The translations under genes and the position numbers were made by a program. Under the pieces are notes generated by a model. It had not been told where the DNA came from. It did no database searches and saw only the letters and a list, made by a program, of their open reading frames with translations. From a virus, in IMG/VR virus record IMGVR_UViG_3300038944_000010: 64,000 bases of DNA. The stretch is one strand, 5' to 3'. This document shows, piece after piece, positions 16,207 through 24,403 of this stretch. Each line of letters begins with the position of its first letter. Positions within the stretch are counted from its first letter, which is position 1.

Positions 16207-17247
16207 TTACACCTTCAAAATCAAATTGGATTGCTGGTTACGCCCAGACAGATAACGCAGGGTGTTCTTCAGACCCCCGCAGCGACCATCTTGCCAAGGC
16301 AGTCGATGGCAATCGCCACCGCATAAATCGAACACATCGCACGACAAGCATCCATCGCCCCACGTCAGCTCTTCGGCAATCTCTTGAACCAGGCCATCTG
16401 AGGTCAGGAAGGCATCGACGCCGTCCTCCAACCGAGCATGGTGCAACGAAGCCGCTGCGTTAGGGCAGCCCGACAGTGTCCCATCGGAGTTGATCGTCAC
16501 CAGGTTCTGCTCACAGTTGCGGCAGTTGGTATCGACCTTGACACGGTTGGACTTGAGTTTCTCTTCGATGATGTCCAGCGTCTTGATCTTGACGCGGCCT
16601 TGACGGGCTTTGTACCGATGGTAGAGAGCAAGGTACCAGTTGTCCTGCTCTTCATTGTCCGGGAAGATCCCCACATTACACTGGGCACTTCCGTCCATGG
16701 TCAGACGCTCTAGCGAGACTTCATCGACCGCCAGGCTTTCCATCTGATCCAAGAACCAATCGGCAGTCATGGTCAGCAGTTGACGACTGACCGAAACCTT
16801 GAGGGCAATCCCCACACCATGTTCTTTAAGCGTTTCCAAATTACGTTTCCATAACTGGAACTGCTTGTCGTTGCTCCAACGAATCCAATGGTCCCAACTG
16901 GTTCCAATGAACCCGCCAAAGTAATCCTGAATAAACGCAATGTGCGCCTCGGTCAACTTGAAGGTCAGGTTGCTGTTGGCACACATGGTCACATGCGGGT
17001 GTTCGATGAACTGATCCGCATAACGCTTGAGCTTCTCCAAGGGAACCAAGAATGGCTCACCGCCATGGAACTCCATGTGGTAATGCGTCCCCATCGGGTA
17101 CTTGGCCATAAATGACCGCACCCACTCGGCTGTCACGTCGGGGTCGAACTGGGTCTTGTCCCCGTTCTTGCCATTGGTGAAGCAGTGGTGGCAATCGAGG
17201 TTACAGGTACCGGTGGTTTTGACGTAGATGGTCTTATTGAGGCTCAA
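16207..17247 (-). CDS. radical SAM/SPASM protein
   Basis: CNLDCHHC, FHGGEP, CRNC...GCPN...CLSCDVFDLCGGDC...C. Confidence 0.9.
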   Translation of the reverse strand: MSLNKTIYVKTTGTCNLDCHHCFTNGKNGDKTQFDPDVTAEWVRSFMAKYPMGTHYHMEFHGGEPFLVPLEKLKRYADQFIEHPHVTMCANSNLTFKLTEAHIAFIQDYFGGFIGTSWDHWIRWSNDKQFQLWKRNLETLKEHGVGIALKVSVSRQLLTMTADWFLDQMESLAVDEVSLERLTMDGSAQCNVGIFPDNEEQDNWYLALYHRYKARQGRVKIKTLDIIEEKLKSNRVKVDTNCRNCEQNLVTINSDGTLSGCPNAAASLHHARLEDGVDAFLTSDGLVQEIAEELTWGDGCLSCDVFDLCGGDCHRLPWQDGRCGGLKNTLRYLSGRNQQSNLILKV

Positions 17248-17750
17248 AGCTTTTGCTCCAGGAACAGTTCCAAGCCAAAACTCAGCATCAGGGAACTGTC
17301 GGTGTTGATGGCACGGTGCGGATGATTGCGCGGGATGTACAGGGTGTCCCCTGCCCGCAGCACCTCGTGTTGATCGATGGATTCAAAATCCTTACCGCCA
17401 GTGACGACATGGACCACCACGTCATCCGGGTCGGTGTGCATCGAGAAACTGGATGAACCCTTAGGGGAGATGAACAGGTGGCAGGACACGTAGCCGACAT
17501 GACCAAAGTGCGCTGCCAACCGTTGACACTCCCTGAACATCGTGGCATTCAGGCGTTCATAGCCTTCAACCTTAATGGGCTTGTCACTGTGCTGCAAATA
17601 CTCCAAAGGGCTGTTGACCCCATAGGACGCATCGTTGAACACGTACTTGACCAACCCCTGTTCATAAGGGTGGGGACTTGCCAGAAAGTCATCTACCATC
17701 AACAGCTCTTCGGTGATGCCTTGGAACTGAAAATCGATTTTCTGTAACAT
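17244..17750 (-). CDS. JmjC/cupin-4-like hydroxylase
   Basis: FSMHTDPDDVVV...GGKDF...LRAGDTLYIPRNHPHRA: HxD...H triad as in YcfD/ROXA-type JmjC proteins. Confidence 0.8.
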   Translation of the reverse strand: MLQKIDFQFQGITEELLMVDDFLASPHPYEQGLVKYVFNDASYGVNSPLEYLQHSDKPIKVEGYERLNATMFRECQRLAAHFGHVGYVSCHLFISPKGSSSFSMHTDPDDVVVHVVTGGKDFESIDQHEVLRAGDTLYIPRNHPHRAINTDSSLMLSFGLELFLEQKL

Positions 17751-17791
17751 CTGGAAAGTCCCCCTAACTGTTAGTTATACAATGTCCGAGA

Positions 17792-19366
17792 TTAATCGGT
17801 CCAAAGTGGCGGCCATACTTGTTGCCACGCGCCAGCGACGGTTGCATACAAACGACCACCGGCTACCAGCATCTGAATCTGCTGATCGTTACCCAGAACC
17901 GGGTCATTCGCACCTTCTGCTGCGAAGTTGGTCCAGGTCGCCGGCCAGATCTGACGCCAAGCGCCACTGACGTAGCACTGAAGCTTGTTGTTCACCACAC
18001 GCATACTGGTGTTCTGGGTGGTGTTCAACCGCACGTACCGGTTGTCGTGGTCAGCCGAGTTGACGTGATCGTACATCCCACCCGCGGTCAACAGGCTTGC
18101 ATCGGAGTTGAGGGTTCTGCTCCGGGTGATGGCGTTCGGCAGGTTACCTAGGCCGACTTGGGCTTTGGTGGTCTGGTGCGGGTTGTTCAGGTCAGAGACG
18201 TGAGCCCGCACCAAGTTACCGGCGATGGCATCAATCGCCTGCTTGACGCGTTGCGGCGTCATGAAGCGGTTAGACAGCGTGCCTTCGACAGCTTCGGTTT
18301 GTGTGGCAGTCTGGAAGTTATCCACGTTGCCCAACCCGACCTGGGCCTTGGTGACTTCATGCGGGTTGTTCTTGTTGCTCACGTGCGTGTTCAACAAGGT
18401 ACCGGCATGGACCATGATCGCTTGGTACGTCCGAAGCGGGGTCATGAACTTGTCGTTGATGGTCGTCGATTCGCCCTGGGCCTGCGTGGCAGTCAGGAAG
18501 TTGTCGACGTTACCCAGTCCGACTTGTGCTTTGGTCACGCCATGTGGGTTGTTCTTCTTGGCTTCGTGAGCGTTGACTTCTTCCTTGGCAATGCGCGTAC
18601 CCAGGACTGTCGTCGTGGCTGGCGTCATGAAGCGGTCTAGCGCCGTACCAGCGCTGGCTTCTACGTCATTGGCAGTTGGGAAGTTATCGACCGATCCCAG
18701 ACCGACTTGCGCCTTGGTCGTCTTGTGCGGGTTGAGCACATCGTTGATGTGTTCGATCAGCTTGTTGTCGACCTTGTCGATGTTGGCTTGCAGGCCATCA
18801 CGGATGAACAGCATCTGTTGACGCAGTTCTTCGTGAGAGGCTTCGTCACCGACCAGAATGGCGTTGGTGATCCGCTCCAGCTGCCACACGACGTATTCCC
18901 ACCCATAGGTGTCGCCGATGTCGTGGATGTGCGGGGCGGCCGGGTACATGGTCGGACGACCGATGATCGACCCCCACTTGACGGCCCGCTCATCGAGGTT
19001 CAGCTCAGCGATCAGATCTGCCAAGGCCCCGAGGTTCCAGGAGTACTCGCCACCGACCACTTGGTAGTCCATGCGGACAATGACCGGAGCGGCCATCTTC
19101 AGAACGACTGCCGATTGCACGTCCTTACCGCTGCGCAGCGAGGCTTGGGCAAACGGCTGGACCAACAGGTAGTCATCGACAGGCTTGAGCGGCAGGTTCG
19201 TTTCATCGTTGTAGATCACGAAACTGTCGGTGTAGAACGGCCCAGCTTTCGGCACGAAGACGCGTTCGGTGTTGGTCGTGATTTCACGACGCTCACCTAC
19301 GATTTTATTCGTCGGTGACGCACCCGTCAGGTCGAGCGGGTACTGGATAATTGGTGGTACACTCAT
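17792..19366 (-). CDS. tail fibre / virion structural protein with NPHxxTKAQVGLG repeats
   Basis: Four NPH-(K/G/E/Q)-(T/V)-TKAQVGLG repeats; N-terminus YPLDLTG..TNK is paralogous to the next gene. Confidence 0.8.
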   Translation of the reverse strand: MSVPPIIQYPLDLTGASPTNKIVGERREITTNTERVFVPKAGPFYTDSFVIYNDETNLPLKPVDDYLLVQPFAQASLRSGKDVQSAVVLKMAAPVIVRMDYQVVGGEYSWNLGALADLIAELNLDERAVKWGSIIGRPTMYPAAPHIHDIGDTYGWEYVVWQLERITNAILVGDEASHEELRQQMLFIRDGLQANIDKVDNKLIEHINDVLNPHKTTKAQVGLGSVDNFPTANDVEASAGTALDRFMTPATTTVLGTRIAKEEVNAHEAKKNNPHGVTKAQVGLGNVDNFLTATQAQGESTTINDKFMTPLRTYQAIMVHAGTLLNTHVSNKNNPHEVTKAQVGLGNVDNFQTATQTEAVEGTLSNRFMTPQRVKQAIDAIAGNLVRAHVSDLNNPHQTTKAQVGLGNLPNAITRSRTLNSDASLLTAGGMYDHVNSADHDNRYVRLNTTQNTSMRVVNNKLQCYVSGAWRQIWPATWTNFAAEGANDPVLGNDQQIQMLVAGGRLYATVAGAWQQVWPPLWTD

Positions 19367-19404
19367 GGAGCTGCTCCATCGTTAAAGGTAATTCAAACAC
19401 GAAC

Positions 19405-19428
19405 CCACTGCACCGAAGTGCAGTGGGC
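19405..19428 (-). terminator. intergenic hairpin between the tail-fibre genes
   Basis: CCCACTGCAC-CGAA-GTGCAGTGGG (UUCG loop on the minus strand). Confidence 0.5.
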
Positions 19429-19435
19429 AGAGTGC

Positions 19436-21835
19436 TTAGGTAAACAGCGGCATGGCGTTGTCGATCACCGAAGACAGCTGATCACACAGGCCATTGATGG
19501 CTTGGTCGACGCTGGCCTGAGTGGTGGCTGGCGTCATGAGACGGTTGGTGGCCACGCCCCCGAGGGCTTCGGCAGCCGAGGCCGCCGGATAGTTCGGAAC
19601 CGAGCCGAGACCGACCTGGGCTTTCGTCACGTTGTGCGGGTTGTCCGTACGCGCAACGAAGGTTTGCAGGGCCTTGATCTCTTCCGACCCATCCGTGATC
19701 ACCGGCGGGTAGACAATCCCTTCCGGCTCAACCAGAATCAGATCGCTGATCTCGTTGGGGGCCGGCGCATTTTCAGGAACGAAGTACTTGTTCGACAGTT
19801 CAGTGACCGTCCAACCAGCGCGCTGTCCGATCGTGCGGATGAAGATGTCAATCCACGGGCGAGTGATCTCATCGCCATGGTGAACCACGTAACCGATGTT
19901 GATTCGTTCCTCTGCTGGGGTCAGGTGCTTGACGCGCGGTGCCCTTACCAACAACGGCATGAAACTAAGACCGTCTACTGGATAGTCGTTGGTGGTCGAC
20001 ATTTCCAGCAAGATGGTGTGGTGACGTTCAGTCTCCGAGTCCTCGTCACGACCGCCTGTGATCAACAGGGTCATGTCGCCGTACATGTAGTCCAGCGGTT
20101 GGAGGAACTTACCAATCTTGAGCCAGTGTTCAGGAGCATCGGTGTAACCACCTTGGGCGTCTTCGACCGGTGGGATCGGTGCAACGGCGTGTTGGAAGTT
20201 ACCACCTTCAACTGCCGAGCCAATGGCTGCAGCAATCTCAGCGTACGTCCGACCGTCAAGCTTGCCAGCGTCGGCTGCTTTACCCGAGAGGATGTCTTCT
20301 TTCGCTTGGGTGTACGTCCGCCCATCGAACTGGTTGGTGTTACCCGACTTGAGACCACCAATCCAGCCTTCGGCCTCACCCTTGTTCATGCCAAAAATGG
20401 CCAGGGTATCGGCTGCGGCGGCGGTGTCATCCAGCTTGTCAGCCAGAATCAAGTCCAGTTCTTCAGAGGTGTACGTGCCAACCTGCGCGGCAGTCACCCG
20501 GTGTGGGTTGTCTGTGTTGGTGATGTGATCACCGACGCCGCCTTCACCGACCAGAGCGGCCACGGCCCAACGCACAGCCAGCGGCGTCATGTAATGCGCA
20601 TTGGAGGTCGCGTCTTTGGCCAGGGCTTCACTGGCTACCGGGTAGTTCTGCACACTGCCAAGGCCAACCTGGGCTTTGGTCACACCGTGTGGGTTACTGG
20701 AGTTGGCGATGTGATCGCTGACCCCTTCACCGATAGTTTCCATGATGACCATGTTCAACAGACGTGGGGTGATGATCCCACCATCCGTGATCCCTTCCAG
20801 CGCCTGGGCTTCAGTGGCCACGCCAATGTTCGGCACGTTACCCAGGCCGACTTGTGCTTTGGTCACTTCATGGGGATTGGACTTGTTATTGACGTGTGCA
20901 TTGAATGCAACCCCAACAATGGCCTCAATCGCTTCACGCGTGCGCAGCGGCGTCATATAGCGGGCGTTACTGGCACCGGCTTCTGCTTCAGATTGAGTCG
21001 ACAGTGCGAAGTTCTGCACGTTACCCAATCCCACCTGCGCCTTAGTCGTCTGATGGGGATTGTTCACATCCGCCATGTGCAGGTTCAGTGCGGCTGTGGC
21101 GACTGCATCGATCAATTGCTTGGTCCGCAAGGGCGTCATGAAGCGGTTGTTCGCCGTACCCGATGTTGCCTCAGCCGGAGCAGCTGTCGGGTAGTTGTCA
21201 ACCAGGCCCAACCCGACTTGGTCTTTAGTGACCTCGTGTGGGTTGTTCTTGTTATTGACGTGATCGGCTTGACCACCGGCGGTTTTTTCTTCGATCGCTT
21301 TGCCGATGTCATCCAGCTGGTCCACAACTTCACTCATGCCGACGAAATCGTCGATGTTGAAATCGTGGTTGACGACCGGGAATTGGTGGGGCAGTTCAAC
21401 GACCTGTTCCCAGGTGGCGATGCGCGGGTTGTAGGCGACGTTTGCCAGCAACTCCGTCATCTTCTGGTCGTTGAGCACCCATTCACCACCGACGTTCTGG
21501 TATTCCATCCGCAGCTGACCGACCAGTTGGCGATCATAGAAGGAAATGGCGCCGTAGATAGGCTTTCCAATGGTATGTGATGCGTGGGCGAAATGGTAGC
21601 CGAAGTTGAAGTGAATGCCTTCTTCGAGCAATTGCCCACCGATGGGGTTGTTGACGTTAGCCCCGATCGGATACAGACGCAGTTTTACGCTTTCAGCAAA
21701 GAACGGGCCGCTGCGCGGGATAATGTAATAGTGATCGAACATCCCACGCGATTCAATCGCCTGGGTTTCGACTACCTTATTCGATGTCGCGAGCCCCGTC
21801 GGATCGAAAGGGTATTGTGGAAGTACAGTACTCAT
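19436..21835 (-). CDS. tail fibre / virion structural protein with NPHxVTKAQVGLG repeats
   Basis: Six NPH..T..QVG repeats; N-terminus YPFDPTG..SNK. Confidence 0.8.
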   Translation of the reverse strand: MSTVLPQYPFDPTGLATSNKVVETQAIESRGMFDHYYIIPRSGPFFAESVKLRLYPIGANVNNPIGGQLLEEGIHFNFGYHFAHASHTIGKPIYGAISFYDRQLVGQLRMEYQNVGGEWVLNDQKMTELLANVAYNPRIATWEQVVELPHQFPVVNHDFNIDDFVGMSEVVDQLDDIGKAIEEKTAGGQADHVNNKNNPHEVTKDQVGLGLVDNYPTAAPAEATSGTANNRFMTPLRTKQLIDAVATAALNLHMADVNNPHQTTKAQVGLGNVQNFALSTQSEAEAGASNARYMTPLRTREAIEAIVGVAFNAHVNNKSNPHEVTKAQVGLGNVPNIGVATEAQALEGITDGGIITPRLLNMVIMETIGEGVSDHIANSSNPHGVTKAQVGLGSVQNYPVASEALAKDATSNAHYMTPLAVRWAVAALVGEGGVGDHITNTDNPHRVTAAQVGTYTSEELDLILADKLDDTAAAADTLAIFGMNKGEAEGWIGGLKSGNTNQFDGRTYTQAKEDILSGKAADAGKLDGRTYAEIAAAIGSAVEGGNFQHAVAPIPPVEDAQGGYTDAPEHWLKIGKFLQPLDYMYGDMTLLITGGRDEDSETERHHTILLEMSTTNDYPVDGLSFMPLLVRAPRVKHLTPAEERINIGYVVHHGDEITRPWIDIFIRTIGQRAGWTVTELSNKYFVPENAPAPNEISDLILVEPEGIVYPPVITDGSEEIKALQTFVARTDNPHNVTKAQVGLGSVPNYPAASAAEALGGVATNRLMTPATTQASVDQAINGLCDQLSSVIDNAMPLFT

Positions 21836-21975
21836 TGCAGCTCTCCGTTGGGGATCTCCATCGGTTCTGGCACCGATATACGGGGCCGGAAATCTTGAGT
21901 CATTTTCGAAAAATAAACTTGCTTATTGGCGATTATCAAACAACTGACATACCATTATCGTGGGAGAGTCGATAA

Positions 21976-23232
21976 ATGTACCAATACCAACGTGCGCTGG
22001 TCAGACACCGGTTGCCGAATGTCCGCTTTGAGGAAAAGGACGTGCGTCAGTTGAGCATCAAAGCGCTCCTGCGTGATTATGCCGAGACCTACCTGGTCCT
22101 GACTCATTCCAGTGTGGTTGGTAAGGTCACGTTGCGCTTAAGTGATGCAGCCACCATTCTGACCCCGGTCTTGGAATCGACCACTGTGGCTCAGTGGCTG
22201 GTCGATAACGGCAATCAGACCCTGCCCACGGTAGAGGGTGAGCCTGAGGTCACCACCCATACCGCCTTGGCCCGTGATGTCTGGCAAGCTGGTTTCAAAG
22301 CCGACCTGTGCGTCCCCAAAGGTTCGCCCTTTAACGATGCCACCGACTACGACAAGACTGACATCTGGCTGACCCGCAAGGACACCGATTACGTCGACGT
22401 ACAGCGCCATTGCCTGGCCACAATCAACGGCCTGGTCCATCGGGTGGATGCCGATAAAGACGGTGTCTACATCAAAGACGGCGGGATCACCTTCCGCAAG
22501 ACGGAAAACGCTGCCATTGGCCTGATCAGTTTCAAGAACCTTGGACGCGTTCATACAGCTTCGATCACCCCAGAGATGATCTACAACCCAGATCCCACCA
22601 AGCCCTTTGCCGATACCTTCTACCTGAAGGTGCCCTTCGACACGACCAATAAGGTCATGGGGGTGGTGATTGGCGGGTACTTGCACCTGGCAACGCAGGA
22701 TCTCAAGACCATCGGTGCACATGCCCTTAAAGTGGACATGAAGCGCATTCCGTTCCTCGAGCGGTACATGGTCTCACGTTACCTGATCGATCAAACGCCG
22801 TTGCAACGCTTCCATGAGGTTTCCTCGACCAATGAGCGTGACTACGACCTGCAGAACTTCTACAGTAACGAGTGCTTGCTGGAGCTGCTGACCTTGAGTC
22901 AGTCCTTCATCGTGGGGATTGAAGTGGACCATCTGGTCACCGACATTGTCGGCAGCACCCGAGCACACCTCCCAGGTCGTTTCTATCTGGATGAGAGACC
23001 CCTGTGGCCGCTGCGGACTCAATTGGGTCTCCTGCCTGCCTACCTCTCCGAGGAAGAAAGCGGCATCTGGGTGGTCCGGGTCGACAACAACCTGCACCAA
23101 CATCGTTTCATGAACACCTACAACTTCCGCTGGGAGCCTAAGGTCGATGAGAAGCGCGTTTCCCATCAGCCTGAGACCTTCAGTCGAGGTGAATTCATTA
23201 AATGGTCGCACAGTGCCGTGACCATTAAGTAA
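21976..23232 (+). CDS. putative virion structural protein
   Basis: 418-aa ORF in the tail/baseplate neighbourhood; function from context only. Confidence 0.65.
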   Translation: MYQYQRALVRHRLPNVRFEEKDVRQLSIKALLRDYAETYLVLTHSSVVGKVTLRLSDAATILTPVLESTTVAQWLVDNGNQTLPTVEGEPEVTTHTALARDVWQAGFKADLCVPKGSPFNDATDYDKTDIWLTRKDTDYVDVQRHCLATINGLVHRVDADKDGVYIKDGGITFRKTENAAIGLISFKNLGRVHTASITPEMIYNPDPTKPFADTFYLKVPFDTTNKVMGVVIGGYLHLATQDLKTIGAHALKVDMKRIPFLERYMVSRYLIDQTPLQRFHEVSSTNERDYDLQNFYSNECLLELLTLSQSFIVGIEVDHLVTDIVGSTRAHLPGRFYLDERPLWPLRTQLGLLPAYLSEEESGIWVVRVDNNLHQHRFMNTYNFRWEPKVDEKRVSHQPETFSRGEFIKWSHSAVTIK

Positions 23233-23238
23233 GCGACG

Positions 23239-23274
23239 GCATAGAGGAGGGGCGGCCGCCCCTCCTCGTTATGC
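23239..23274. terminator. bidirectional hairpin (CATA...TATG family)
   Basis: GCATA-GAGGAGGGGC-GGCC-GCCCCTCCTC-GTTATGC between convergent genes. Confidence 0.7.
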
Positions 23275-23277
23275 GTT

Positions 23278-23541
23278 TTACGGAATGTCCATGTCGCTGG
23301 ACCCTGTGGCACCATGACCACAGGTGGCAACCGACCCTACCCGTGTCACTGGAATCCCATCGATGGTCATCCACGGACTGGCTGTGGCGATCTTCGGGGC
23401 TGAGTGTGGGGCGTCACCGTGTCCGGCTACTGCATCGCCCAAGACAGAGATGGGTTTGCCGTTCCAGGTCCAGTTGGGTTTCCCTGGTCCTGTGATCACA
23501 GCACCTGCACTGTCCGCACCGACTAACGATACAATGCCCAT
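23278..23541 (-). CDS. PAAR-like spike tip protein
   Basis: NGKPISVLGD..AGHG..PH, IDGIPVTRVGSVATCGH: PAAR repeats with His/Cys metal ligands. Confidence 0.85.
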   Translation of the reverse strand: MGIVSLVGADSAGAVITGPGKPNWTWNGKPISVLGDAVAGHGDAPHSAPKIATASPWMTIDGIPVTRVGSVATCGHGATGSSDMDIP

Positions 23542-24344
23542 CAGCTCATCCCCTTGAAGTTCGGGGTCTTCAAGGTCGTGCCACTGGCTTGCAAGGTGAA
23601 GACACTACCGCCGCCATCGAGTGTAATCTTCTTGGCCTTGACATCAACGTTGTTGACTGCCGTCAGTTTAATGTCGCGTGGGGCGTACCCTTTGATGTCC
23701 TGCTTGTTCAGCTCAAAGTAGGTGCCGAGCTGGTTCTGCAACTTGATGTGGGTGTTCTTCGAGTCTAAGAACCCGTAGTTACCCAGATTGTCTTGCAAGA
23801 CCACCTTGCCGTTGCCCATGTCAAACTGAAAATCGTAGGTGCAGAACTCGCCGTTCTTCTGACTGGTCGACAGCGTGATGGTCTTCTGGTGGCTGCTGAC
23901 CTCCAAGAAGTACATGTTGTCAAGGTCCAGGCCATCCTGATCCATGTTGGGGTTGGCCGAGATGCCAATGACGACCGTCTCTAAGCGCCGGAGTCGATCG
24001 TCCTTGCCCATGCTGCGCCAGAAGTATTCATCGTTGCTGGCGTACTGATAGACTTCGATCATCTCGCCACGTTGAACGTCCGGCGGCGTGCGTCGGTTGG
24101 TACTGGGCAGCCATTTGGCTGTGATGTTGTCTGAGACAAACGCTGTACCGGCTACAACCTTGCCGTCACTGTTGACGGTCTCGTATTCCATCGGATCAAC
24201 GCGATCCACGATCTCGCCGTCAATGAACCCGAGCTTTTCGTGGGATGTAATGACCAGCAAGTCCGAGCCTAACTTCTTGTTTTCGGCCGCTACGCCGATC
24301 ATCACCCGGCGAAACATACTCATGGTGTTATCGAACATAACCAC
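23541..24344 (-). CDS. baseplate central spike (gpV/gp5-like)
   Basis: Coupled to the PAAR gene; N-terminal OB-like region (AKWLP...PDVQRGE) and beta-repeat C-terminus. Confidence 0.7.
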   Translation of the reverse strand: MVMFDNTMSMFRRVMIGVAAENKKLGSDLLVITSHEKLGFIDGEIVDRVDPMEYETVNSDGKVVAGTAFVSDNITAKWLPSTNRRTPPDVQRGEMIEVYQYASNDEYFWRSMGKDDRLRRLETVVIGISANPNMDQDGLDLDNMYFLEVSSHQKTITLSTSQKNGEFCTYDFQFDMGNGKVVLQDNLGNYGFLDSKNTHIKLQNQLGTYFELNKQDIKGYAPRDIKLTAVNNVDVKAKKITLDGGGSVFTLQASGTTLKTPNFKGMS

Positions 24345-24403
24345 CTCTATTAAAATGAAACTTACAAGACCTATCCTACAGAATTAGGGGAGGGTAGTAC
24401 CCA

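Noticed and set aside
6710..17750. Cluster as a 7-deazaguanine DNA-modification or anaerobic ribonucleotide reductase activation locus
   Set aside because: No QueC, QueD, FolE, DpdA or NrdD-like genes are visible, and the enzymes have SPASM-like Cys tails rather than QueE/NrdG architecture.
18100..21300. Repeated nucleotide blocks that might be a CRISPR or DNA repeat array
   Set aside because: They are degenerate in-frame codings of the NPHxVTKAQVGLG protein repeat, varying at synonymous positions.
19418..21580. 720-aa + strand ORF
   Set aside because: Antisense shadow of the tail-fibre gene; no motifs or SD; expected from codon bias.
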